In this document: positions 21,163 through 29,885 of the stretch, piece by piece
Position numbering within the stretch: the first letter of the stretch is position 1
Layout: each line of letters starts with the position of its first letter
NCBI GenBank assembly: GCA_043754515.1
Contig: JAYUUO010000030.1
Location: 1 to 58,057, forward strand
Source: Armatimonadota bacterium
GTDB taxonomy: Bacteria > Armatimonadota > Armatimonadia > Armatimonadales > Armatimonadaceae
Length of the DNA: 58,057 nt
Reading direction: 5' to 3'
Made by a program: the position numbers and the translations under genes
The notes under the pieces: generated by a model
The model's database searches: none
Told to the model about the DNA's origin: nothing
Seen by the model: the letters and a program-made list of their open reading frames with translations, nothing else

Positions 21163-22980
21163 GTGAGCATACCACCAACTCCCCCCGAGGGCGCGACCTT
21201 TTTCACACGTCTGTCGCGCCTTCCCGATGGCGTGGTCGCGGCGGTGATCGCGCTTCTGACGATATTTCTCCTGCTGGTACTCGACCCGCTGGCGAACGTG
21301 CCGATGAACGACGACTTCTCCTGGGCACGTTCCGCGGAGGCATTCGCCCGTACCGGGAAGATCGTCTACAACGGCTGGGGCAACCCGATATTATTGCCTC
21401 ATATCATTATCGGCGGGCTGTGCGTCAAACTGTTCGGTTTTTCTCACGTCGTGTTGGGCGGACTCGGGATCGCCTCCGGTGCCTTGTACGCGGGGGCCAC
21501 GTATCTGCTCGCCCGCGCCTGCGGCGTCCGCCGTACCCTCGCGTTATTCGTTACCGCTCTCGCCGTCCTCAACCCGGTGTTCCTGGGTTGCGCGCCTACT
21601 TTCATGAGCGACATCCCCTCGGCGTTCCTGTACACCGTTTGTCTGATCGCGCTCGTGAAGGCGGCGCGAATTCCGTCCGGTAGCACGCGCCACCGGCTTC
21701 GCCCCGTGCCACTCGCGATCGCCACGGCACTCGCTCTGTGCGCGGGCGCGAACCGCCAGATTCTCTGGGCGGCACTCCTCGCCGCGTTCGCGGCGGGCTG
21801 GTCGCACCTCGACGCCCCCGACCGAACGCGCCGCCTCCTGCCCGCGCTCGCCGCTATCGCTGTGACTGCCATCCTACTTTCGGCGTGGTTCGCGGCACAG
21901 CCTTACAGCGTTATCGTATCGCTTGAGGGTGCCATGCAGTTTCTAAAAACCGCGCCCGAGCTACTTTTCTGGTACCCTTATAAACTGCTCGCACTGATCG
22001 GTCTGGCGTGCCTCCCGGTCACGCTCCCGCTTACGGTAGCGACATGGAACCGTCATCCGAAGCCGGGGGCCGACTTCGCCGCCTGCCTTGCGACCGGTAT
22101 CATTCCGTTCCTCGTCTTTCTAGTTACCCCGACCCCCGCTAAGGAGTACTGGAACGGCGTTTGGCGGCTCACCCCGTACGGACAGTACGCGACGTTCCAG
22201 GGCGTGATGGTTGGGGGTCCCAGCGGGTTCGAAGATCGCCCGTGGATGATGCCACCGTTCGTCGGCACGCTCCTGAACCTCGGCGGCGTGATCGGGATCG
22301 GGCTTCTCCTCTGGTGTGTGCTGGTGACCCGCACGAGCCGGTCTTTCGCGGGCACCGTGGTACTCGGGGGCGCGTTCGCGCAATTTATCCTGCCCCTGCC
22401 GTGGTACGCGAGCGGTGCCCTCTTCGACCGCTACCTGGTGTCGCTCGCTCCCATGCTTCTGATCGCTCTCCTCGCGCCGCGCGCGGATGCGGGCGACGCT
22501 CCCACGCGGGCAGAAAATGATCTCAGGACGTTCCTAATCGGCGTCCCTATCGCCGCCCTTTTCGCGTTCGGCGGTGTCGCCTTCGCGGTGGAATACTTCG
22601 GCTACACGCAGGCGCGGGCAAAACTGTATCTATCCATGATCAGGGAAGGCATCCCGGCGCAGACTATTGACGCGGGGGTAGAAACCTGCGGCGACACCCA
22701 GATCGCGATCGGTAATTATATCAACAACCCCAACATCAAAAACCCGCCCGACGCCTACCATCAGGATCAGGGCGGGAACTGCCTTTTCGTACCTGGATTC
22801 TTCCCCGTCATGGACGCGCGTCTTCTGCTAAGTACGAAGAACCCGCCGCCTGACGTCTCCGGGCTGATCACGCGTAGTCCCATAGCCGTCGAGCCACAAC
22901 CACTGAATAAAGAAGAGTACTTCAGCCCTATCGCGCCGCATGTACGCGTGATCTACTTGTACAAAGTTCGTACCCGCTAG
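21163..22980 (+). CDS. Polytopic membrane glycosyltransferase, GT-C/ArnT-like
   Basis: First-loop acidic motif NDDFSWA, FMSDIP, many TM helices, FDRYL. TGcTATAAT lies 7 nt before GTG 21163. Confidence 0.75.
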   Translation: MSIPPTPPEGATFFTRLSRLPDGVVAAVIALLTIFLLLVLDPLANVPMNDDFSWARSAEAFARTGKIVYNGWGNPILLPHIIIGGLCVKLFGFSHVVLGGLGIASGALYAGATYLLARACGVRRTLALFVTALAVLNPVFLGCAPTFMSDIPSAFLYTVCLIALVKAARIPSGSTRHRLRPVPLAIATALALCAGANRQILWAALLAAFAAGWSHLDAPDRTRRLLPALAAIAVTAILLSAWFAAQPYSVIVSLEGAMQFLKTAPELLFWYPYKLLALIGLACLPVTLPLTVATWNRHPKPGADFAACLATGIIPFLVFLVTPTPAKEYWNGVWRLTPYGQYATFQGVMVGGPSGFEDRPWMMPPFVGTLLNLGGVIGIGLLLWCVLVTRTSRSFAGTVVLGGAFAQFILPLPWYASGALFDRYLVSLAPMLLIALLAPRADAGDAPTRAENDLRTFLIGVPIAALFAFGGVAFAVEYFGYTQARAKLYLSMIREGIPAQTIDAGVETCGDTQIAIGNYINNPNIKNPPDAYHQDQGGNCLFVPGFFPVMDARLLLSTKNPPPDVSGLITRSPIAVEPQPLNKEEYFSPIAPHVRVIYLYKVRTR

Positions 22981-23067
22981 GGGAGCGGATGACATACTAT
23001 TCCATGCCCCTGTGATGAGTGGGGGGACGCAGATGCCGCCCTCCCGCCCGGACGCCAGTCCTAGCCG

Positions 23068-23939
23068 CTATTTTCTCCCGCGGATGAGGACGCCACCGAG
23101 TAATCCAACCCCGACCAAAGCGAGCGTCGCGGACTCCGAAATCACGGTCGCGCCCCCTACCAGGGTGTAAGAGGTCGTGCCGGAGGTCGCTGTATAAGAC
23201 GCCCCCGTGACGGGAGCACTACCCGCGTCGAACGCCGAGATGCTGGTAAACGTCGCCGTGTTCTGATAGTCGGTGGTGCTCGTTTTCAACACGTCGATCG
23301 TGTTCTCGAAACGATACGCGTACGCTTCGAGCGACACGGACAGCGTAAAGGGTTTGCCATAAGTGATGGCGAACGGCGCGGTTGTTAGCGTCTCATTATA
23401 GCTACTATCCTTCATGCTATTAATCAGTTGCCCGACTAGATTGCCATCTTGATACACCTTGAACCGCCGGAGGGCTTTGTACGTGGCTATGTTGCCGAGG
23501 ATGGAGCCGTCCACGCTGAACGAATAGGACGCGGTGCCGATGGTGACCGCTAGGCCAGCCTTGTTGAGAGTCAGTGAGTCCGTCCACATAGAGGTGGCCG
23601 TCGTCTCCGCCGTTGCGTTCGCGCTGTTGCTAAGATCGGCCGCTACCGAGGCCCGCGCGTACGCGTGATTGGTCCCATAGTCGGTTCGCGCCAAACCTTT
23701 TCCACCCGTGGTCGCGCTCGAGAAGGTGTTGCTCGCCGTCTTCAAGCCGGCCACTTGTGCGTTGGTTATCACCGCTGTGTCGAAACCCGCCGACGCGCCT
23801 GATGAGGTCGAGTACGCGCCGACAACATGGCGACTCAAACCCTGCGCACTGGTAGTCAAACTCTAAGCCATGAGGGTTGAAACGGCGCAGAGCACCGCGC
23901 CGAGAAACTACCCGCCGTAAACGCGCGGAAGTTTTGCAT
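23068..23939 (-). pseudogene. Degenerate PEP-CTERM surface protein
   Basis: C-terminus VISESATLALVGVGLLGGVLIRGRK (PE replaced by SE). Signal peptide from ATG 23939 is broken by a frameshift and a TAG at 23863-23865. Confidence 0.7.
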
Positions 23940-24029
23940 GATAGGTATCCTTCAGGATAGGACAGTGGATACATGACGAAACGCGGCTTGAACCGCGCCA
24001 CCGATTTGCCATCCAACCGACATTATAAC

Positions 24030-25055
24030 CTATAACAGCAAGGAATCGGTGGGTGTGCCGTAAATAGCGACATAAATCTCGCCGGAGCGCGTTATGTAAC
24101 CGCGATACATGCCGGCGGTGTTGAAGGGTAGCGTGGCGTTGCCGTCTCGGTCAATGGCGATGAGTCCCCCTTCGCCCCCTGCCTTTTTGAGCTGCTGGTG
24201 GACCACGGTGCCCGCGGCGTCCGCGAGCGACGCCCTGGTGTAGCGCATATGCGCCGCGATTTCGTGCGCGACCACTAGACGCAGGAAATACTCGCCGTGC
24301 CCCGTTGCCGACACCGCGCACGTCGCGTTCTCCGCCCAGGTGCCGGAGCCGATCACGGGTGAGTCGCCGATACGCCCGTACCGTTTGTTCGTCATCCCCC
24401 CGGTCGAGGTTGCGGCCGCGAGGTTACCGGCCCCATCTACGGCTACCGCGCCCACGGTGCCGAACTTGTTGTCTTCAGAGAGCGACGTTGCGTAGGCCTC
24501 GCCACCGGACTGCCCTTCCGCCTCTCGATTTTGTTGCGCGACGAGCTGTTTCCAGCGCGCCTCCGTCCAGAAGTAGAGCGCGTCCCGCGTCTCCAATTTT
24601 AACTCCTCCGCCAGCCGGTCCGCCCCCGCCCCGGCGAGGAACACGAACGGCGTGCGGTCCATCACGGCGCGGGCGAGCGACACCGGGTTTTTGGGACGGA
24701 ACACCCCCGCGACAGCACCCGCTTTGCCGGTTGCTCCGTCCATGATGGCGGCATCCATCTCGTTGCACCCCTCGGCGTTGAATACCGCGCCCCTGCCCGC
24801 GTTAAATAGGGGGTCATCCTCCAGCACACGTACCGCTGCTTCCACGGCATCCGTCGCGCCCTTTCCGGCTCGTATAGCGGCGTAACCTTCCCGGAGCGCG
24901 AGCGCGAGGCCGCGTTTACAAGCACTCTCCATCTCGGGCGTCAAGTTCGCGGGGAGGATGGTGCCCGCGCCGCCGTGGACTACGAGCACGATGTCGGCGG
25001 CGGATTCCGCGCAGAGCGGGAACGCGGACGATTCGGAGGAGGAGATGTTCAACAT
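24030..25055 (-). CDS. iaaA: Isoaspartyl peptidase / L-asparaginase (Ntn hydrolase)
   Basis: VHGGAG, FNAGRG, autocleavage site G-TVGAVA, TSTGG, GRIGDSP, TGHGE. Confidence 0.95.
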   Translation of the reverse strand: MLNISSSESSAFPLCAESAADIVLVVHGGAGTILPANLTPEMESACKRGLALALREGYAAIRAGKGATDAVEAAVRVLEDDPLFNAGRGAVFNAEGCNEMDAAIMDGATGKAGAVAGVFRPKNPVSLARAVMDRTPFVFLAGAGADRLAEELKLETRDALYFWTEARWKQLVAQQNREAEGQSGGEAYATSLSEDNKFGTVGAVAVDGAGNLAAATSTGGMTNKRYGRIGDSPVIGSGTWAENATCAVSATGHGEYFLRLVVAHEIAAHMRYTRASLADAAGTVVHQQLKKAGGEGGLIAIDRDGNATLPFNTAGMYRGYITRSGEIYVAIYGTPTDSLLL

Positions 25056-25116
25056 GGCGGAGTGTTAGACAGGGACCGTGGCTTTTCCTGCCCCCGCGCT
25101 TACACAAATCGCTCCG

Positions 25117-27111
25117 CTAAACCGTCGCGACCCGAGGGCCGGTCTTCGCCCGCTTCATGCCGTACAGGAGCGTGGTCAGTGCCAGACCGCCGGTGACAGC
25201 CGCACCCGTCATCCCCGCCCCCGCCCGGTCGAACGCCAACATCAGGAACAGTAGCGCGAGGTACAGCATGGAGAACAGGTACATGCCGAGCGTTTCCGCC
25301 CGTTCCGTTGAAACAAATAACGTACAGGCGCGGAAGAGGAGGCCGATGTTCAGCAAGACAGCGACGCCGACATACCAGAGTCCGACCAGCCCCTGGGCGA
25401 GCGGTAAGATCGAGACGATCGTCGTGAGTAAGGAATAGAGCGCGATCTGTAGCACCGTAGCGCGGACCCCGGAAACCACAGGCAACATGGGGATCTTGGC
25501 GCGGGCGTAGTCGTCCTTCATCAGGATCGCGAGTGCCCAGAAGTGCGCGGGCGTCCAGACGAAGATGATCGCGAACAACCACCAGGCGAGCGGCGAGAGG
25601 CTTCCCGTGACCGCCGACCAGCCAACGAGCGGAGGGAACGCGCCCGCCGCGCCGCCGATCACGATATTGTGCCACGTCCGCCGCTTCAGGAGCAGGGTGT
25701 AGACGTTGATGTAAAACACCAACCCGGCGAGCGACAGAAGCGCGGTCAGCAGGTTGGCGAACACGAACAGCACCGCGAACGACAGCACGGCGAGTACCAG
25801 GCCGAAGAACAGCGCGTCGCGCGACGGCACCCGATCCGTAACTGTCGGGCGGTCCGCGGTGCGCTTCATCATCCCGTCAATATCGCGGTCAACGACCATG
25901 TTGATCGCGCCCGCCGCGCCCGCCGATAGGTAGCCGCCCACTAGCACCGCGGCAAGAAGCTTCCAGCCGGGAAACCCACCCGCCGCCATGAACATCGGCA
26001 TCAGCGCGGTGACGAGTAGCAGACTGATCACTCTCGGTTTGGTCAGGGTCAGGTAATCACGCCAAGTCGCGGGCGTCTTGTCCTCGGTCGGTCGGTACTC
26101 AGACGGCGTCGCCTCAATGCGCGGGACGCTGACGGCGAACGCGGACAGGGTGAGTAGCAACGCGCCGATCCAGACCAGGTCGCCGAGAAGGAGGTGGACC
26201 AGTTGGATCCAGACCGGGGCCTTCAGCCAGACGTTCATGCCGCCGACAGCGAGTTGCGTGACGAACAGCGCGACCAGCACCCCCGCGTACCGCTTCGTCG
26301 CGGGCGAGGGCCGTAGATGCGCGGTCAGTCCGGCGATCAGGATGATGTACAGTCCCACGGAACCGGCGATGTACGGGTGCAGAACGCGCAGTTTTTGCAG
26401 GAAGTGGGCGTGGGGCGAAAGCGACTGCGCGATGGCGTCGGCGTGGTCCCGAACCGGGAAGAGCGTGTCGCCGAGCGCGGTAACGGCACCGGACGCCCCG
26501 AGAGCGAGCATCAGGACGAACACCAGGATCAGCCCCGCGCCGACCGCGCCCTGTCCGCGCAATCGAAGCCGCTCCCTGCCGCTCGCCCACCACGCGGTGA
26601 CGGTCAGCACCGTGAGCAGAAAAAACGTGTTGGTCAGGTGCAGGACCATCCAGAACGCACGGGCGACGGAAGCGTTGTGCGCGACGTACCCCTTTTTGAC
26701 CAGCACCGCACCGATGAAGCCTTCCAGACCGGTGAAGATCACGGAGGCGACCAACGCGGCCTTGACCGGGTGGTTCTTCTGCCGCCAGAACGCGACGAAC
26801 CCGAAGACGAGCAGGGCTAGCACGAGCAGACCATCCAACCCGGATACCAGGCGGTGCGTGTATTCGATCACGCGCTGGATGGAGGGGGCAGTCGGGATGA
26901 ACTCGCCGTCACACAGCGGCCAGTGCGCCCCGCAACCGTCCCCTGATCGGGTGGCCCGCACGACGGTGCCGATCACGATCACGAACAGGTTGTAGAACAG
27001 GATAAACCAGGCGAAACGCGACACGAACGCCGTCAGCTTCGTGCGCGGACCAGCGGCGTCCGGGACGTCGGGATCGTTCGGTTTATCGAATAAATAGGAG
27101 GGAACGTGCAT
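25117..27111 (-). CDS. ctaB: Fused heme A synthase (CtaA/COX15) and heme O synthase (CtaB/CyoE)
   Basis: N-half GCGAHWPLC, EYTHRL, LHP, VHLL. C-half LTKPRV, DRDIDGMMKRTADRP, IGGAAGAFPP, WTPAHFWAL. Confidence 0.93.
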   Translation of the reverse strand: MHVPSYLFDKPNDPDVPDAAGPRTKLTAFVSRFAWFILFYNLFVIVIGTVVRATRSGDGCGAHWPLCDGEFIPTAPSIQRVIEYTHRLVSGLDGLLVLALLVFGFVAFWRQKNHPVKAALVASVIFTGLEGFIGAVLVKKGYVAHNASVARAFWMVLHLTNTFFLLTVLTVTAWWASGRERLRLRGQGAVGAGLILVFVLMLALGASGAVTALGDTLFPVRDHADAIAQSLSPHAHFLQKLRVLHPYIAGSVGLYIILIAGLTAHLRPSPATKRYAGVLVALFVTQLAVGGMNVWLKAPVWIQLVHLLLGDLVWIGALLLTLSAFAVSVPRIEATPSEYRPTEDKTPATWRDYLTLTKPRVISLLLVTALMPMFMAAGGFPGWKLLAAVLVGGYLSAGAAGAINMVVDRDIDGMMKRTADRPTVTDRVPSRDALFFGLVLAVLSFAVLFVFANLLTALLSLAGLVFYINVYTLLLKRRTWHNIVIGGAAGAFPPLVGWSAVTGSLSPLAWWLFAIIFVWTPAHFWALAILMKDDYARAKIPMLPVVSGVRATVLQIALYSLLTTIVSILPLAQGLVGLWYVGVAVLLNIGLLFRACTLFVSTERAETLGMYLFSMLYLALLFLMLAFDRAGAGMTGAAVTGGLALTTLLYGMKRAKTGPRVATV

Positions 27112-27329
27112 ACAAAATAGCGGGCGGAAGCCGTTCTATCCGGGTTGCGTCCTGACCATATGATACACGATTGCCGCTTCACGCGCCGTTTGCTGGACGC
27201 GGATCGTAGGCACCAATTTTCGGTCGCGGGTTATAAGCGGGGCTAATCGCGGGTTAAGTGGGCACCAGGGAAGTCATCGGCGCGGGCGTTTCCGGGATGC
27301 GTCTCCGCCGCGTAGTATATTGCGCGAGG

Positions 27330-27454
27330 GCAAACAGTTTGACTCTAGCAAACAGTTATTTGCCAAATACGTTGCGAATACGTGGCAGCAAAACACACTC
27401 ACGGTACAATGAGAAAGGACAAGACAGGCGCAACCAGAAGGCAAACAGATTTCG
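27330..27454 (+). promoter_or_regulatory. Repeated GCAAACAG motifs around a TACAAT -10 element
   Basis: GCAAACAG at 27330, 27348 (part of the palindrome GCAAA-N6-TTTGC) and 27441. TACAAT at 27405. Confidence 0.45.
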
Positions 27455-27472
27455 TAAAGGGAGAGTATTCCG

Positions 27473-27805
27473 ATGAGTATGCTGGTTGAAGAGCGAGCGA
27501 TGATTAAGAGTTTCCTGCCCGCGCCACGGGTGCGGGAGAAGACACCGGCGGTGACCACGCCGTTCATCCCGGAGGAGCCGCGCAGGGTGCTGGACCGCGA
27601 CGGTTTTCAGCTCGCGATGGGCGCGGTGCCCGAGCGCGAGGACGAGCGGCCACCCTCCGAGATCGTGCGCGGACGATGCCCCGAGTGCGGCGGCGAATTG
27701 GTGGCGAACATGTACTGGCACGCGGCGCGCGGCTACCTGCTCCGCTATGAATGTTGGGAAGGGCTGTTGCCCGAGGGACGGTGCCGGTTTTACGCCGCGC
27801 CGTGA
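27473..27805 (+). CDS. Small hypothetical zinc-ribbon protein
   Basis: CPECGGEL...YEC...C, AGGGAG RBS, host-like codon usage. Confidence 0.75.
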   Translation: MSMLVEERAMIKSFLPAPRVREKTPAVTTPFIPEEPRRVLDRDGFQLAMGAVPEREDERPPSEIVRGRCPECGGELVANMYWHAARGYLLRYECWEGLLPEGRCRFYAAP

Positions 27806-27822
27806 GAGAAAGGCTTAGTGTA

Positions 27823-28512
27823 ATGAGTGTTGACATGGAAACAATGGCGCGCCCCGGCGGGGCGGCAATGGCTGGCGGTGGGCGCGAACTCAGTCGCGTA
27901 CAGATATTCAAGCAGGTGACCAAAGACCGGTTGCTCGACATCGGCGATATGCTTTCGCTGGACGCGCGGCGCAACAAGATCTCGTTCTCGCTGGTGGCGT
28001 TCGACGACGACTACCACGCGACCACGCGGGTGCGTCACTACGTAGACGTCGCCGACGCGAAACTGGTCTGCTACGACATCCTGAACGGCTTCTTTTCCGA
28101 GTGGACCGACCATAAAGGCTCGGCGACACGCGGCGACGGCAATGGCGAGACGCTACAGGCGCGGGTGATGACGATCCGAAAGGACACGAAGTACCGCCAG
28201 CCGTACGTGATCAAGGTGGACAATGGTGCTGGGGAGCAGATGCAGGGCGGCGCGGTCAAAATGGCGGAGGTGACTGACTCGCTCACGATGCTCCTTTCCG
28301 AGTGGGACGCACGCAAAATGGCACTGGCGGTACTCGACTACGTGCGCGACTGGGAGACGATCAACTTCCGCAAGCGACAGGAAGCCCAGACGCAGATCAT
28401 CCCGCTACCGGGCGCAGACGGCAGAAGCGATACGGAAGGCAAGGGTGACGGCGAGTCGGTAGCCACGCCCGCGCTGTCGCGAAACCGCTATGCCCGCGCC
28501 GCCGCGAACTGA
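27823..28512 (+). CDS. Hypothetical protein
   Basis: Clean ORF with strong GC3 bias directly after the zinc-ribbon gene. Start could be 27823 or 27835. Confidence 0.8.
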   Translation: MSVDMETMARPGGAAMAGGGRELSRVQIFKQVTKDRLLDIGDMLSLDARRNKISFSLVAFDDDYHATTRVRHYVDVADAKLVCYDILNGFFSEWTDHKGSATRGDGNGETLQARVMTIRKDTKYRQPYVIKVDNGAGEQMQGGAVKMAEVTDSLTMLLSEWDARKMALAVLDYVRDWETINFRKRQEAQTQIIPLPGADGRSDTEGKGDGESVATPALSRNRYARAAAN

Positions 28513-28537
28513 CATAGGCCGGCTGATGGGTCGGCCC

Positions 28538-28559
28538 CCCACCCGGTACATCGGGTGGG
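28538..28559. terminator. GC-rich hairpin, possible terminator
   Basis: CCCACCCG-N6-CGGGTGGG just downstream of the stop; no U-tract. Confidence 0.4.
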
Positions 28560-28658
28560 AGTCCGGCACGGGGGGCAGGAAGAGCGGGTCGGGGGACGCG
28601 TCGGTACCCGGCGAGTCAGGTATACTCGTTGAGGACCCACTCTCGAAGAATAGCCGCG

Positions 28659-28943
28659 ATGGAAACTCTCCAGTCCCCCGATGCACTAACACAAACTCTA
28701 CACCTGGTGCAACGTCTGCACTGGCAGTACGATGATTCGTTCTACGAGGTTGGCAGCGACGAGCCGATCAGGGCGTTCGTTGACCATGACGCCGCGGAAT
28801 CCTACTGCCGTGCTCTAGAGCACAACGCGCGTAACGATCAGACGGAAGCCAGGGATCAGGACGGCATCGCGCTTCTGCCCCGCGAGGACCCGGAGTTCGA
28901 TTATCCGTTCTTCGAGGTCGTCCCCATCAGGTGGCACAAGTGA
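28659..28943 (+). CDS. Hypothetical protein
   Basis: LVQRLHWQYDDSFY...PIRAF.D.DAAESYC..LE...FFEVVPI. TATACT upstream at 28621. Confidence 0.7.
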   Translation: METLQSPDALTQTLHLVQRLHWQYDDSFYEVGSDEPIRAFVDHDAAESYCRALEHNARNDQTEARDQDGIALLPREDPEFDYPFFEVVPIRWHK

Positions 28944-29611
28944 CACCGGAGGTCCTCTACTACGTGCGGCTGAAGCAACAGTACCGCTGGTACGACGTTC
29001 AACCCATCCAACGTATATCCCATTCCACGGAGTGCTTTTTTGCGTCGCGGGAAGAAGCCGAAGCATTCCGCTCCGCGACTCTGCCGCCGGAATCGGTGAA
29101 TCCGCTGTATATGCGCTTCGTCAATGGATTGGCGTGGTCCATGTACGAGGGGCGACCGAACGATTTTGGATGGCTAACAAGCTTCATCGAGTTTGTCGCG
29201 GACAGCGGTTTGCCGCCGATCCCTCCCGTCGTCATGGGAGCGGCGGACACAGAAGGACCGCCGACGCCGTGGTCTCGTTCGATCATGCCGTTGCTGAGAA
29301 ACTGGTGGCAGGACAATATCTTCTTTCTGTCACGGGCGGAGCGGTTCGCTCTCTGGCAGTTCGTGGACGAGGAACCATTCGAGATCGTGCCATTGCCTTT
29401 GATGTCGGAGACGGACCCGGTGCTGGCAATGGCGGCGGTGGATGACTTGCTGAAGCCTCACGGGTTGACTTCCAGTGACTACCCCCAGTCCCTTATGGAC
29501 ATGCGCCGCTACCGCTTTTCCTCCCCCTACGAGGACGAGACAGAGATCCCTTTCCCCGCCCCGTCCGACGCCGACGCGCCCCCGGATTGTGAATCCCCCT
29601 TCGAGTTGTAG
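28940..29611 (+). CDS. Hypothetical protein, distantly related to the upstream ORF
   Basis: GTGA overlap with the previous gene. FASREEAEAF...NWW...LW...PFEIVPL. Confidence 0.7.
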   Translation: MTPEVLYYVRLKQQYRWYDVQPIQRISHSTECFFASREEAEAFRSATLPPESVNPLYMRFVNGLAWSMYEGRPNDFGWLTSFIEFVADSGLPPIPPVVMGAADTEGPPTPWSRSIMPLLRNWWQDNIFFLSRAERFALWQFVDEEPFEIVPLPLMSETDPVLAMAAVDDLLKPHGLTSSDYPQSLMDMRRYRFSSPYEDETEIPFPAPSDADAPPDCESPFEL

Positions 29612-29656
29612 CCGATCCGCCGCGAAACGCGGTATACTAGCGGTCACGCGAAAACC

Positions 29657-29752
29657 ATGCGAACCGATTTAACCAATACACACCGGCCAGTCCCCCGCTT
29701 CGGCGGCAAGTCCGGCGGCCTCGAACAGATTATAGGGCGTTCCTTCCGTTAA
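29657..29752 (+). CDS. Putative ileS leader peptide (31 aa) MRTDLTNTHRPVPRFGGKSGGLEQIIGRSFR
   Basis: ATG 29657 to TAA 29752. Its only Ile codons are tandem ATT-ATA at 29729-29734. TATACT -10 at 29633. Confidence 0.75.
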   Translation: MRTDLTNTHRPVPRFGGKSGGLEQIIGRSFR

Positions 29753-29835
29753 ACAAGAAACGCGCTGGGGCGACGTCATGCCGCCCCCGACACCGTGAGC
29801 GAGCGTTTCTTCCCGGGAAGGAACGCTATTTTTTT
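29737..29835 (+). promoter_or_regulatory. Transcription attenuator with mutually exclusive 1:2, 2:3 and 3:4 stems
   Basis: Seg1 GCGTTCCTT (29737-45), seg2 AAGAAACGC (29755-63), seg3 AGCGTTTCTTC (29802-12), seg4 GAAGGAACGCT (29817-27), then A and T7. Confidence 0.8.
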
Positions 29836-29885
29836 GCCCGAACCGCCGCCCGCTCACTCCGACCGAACGACTAAACAATCAAACT

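Noticed and set aside
13477..23865. Genome-wide TAG recoding suggested by in-frame ambers at 13477, 15716 and 23863
   Set aside because: metH, ileS and sucD end in TAG at their expected C-termini, and the affected genes at 13477 and 23863 show other decay. Point mutation is the simpler explanation.
29640..29885. T-box riboswitch upstream of ileS
   Set aside because: No T-box sequence (AGGGTGGNACCGCG-like) and no stem I motifs. The leader-peptide attenuator explains the structure.
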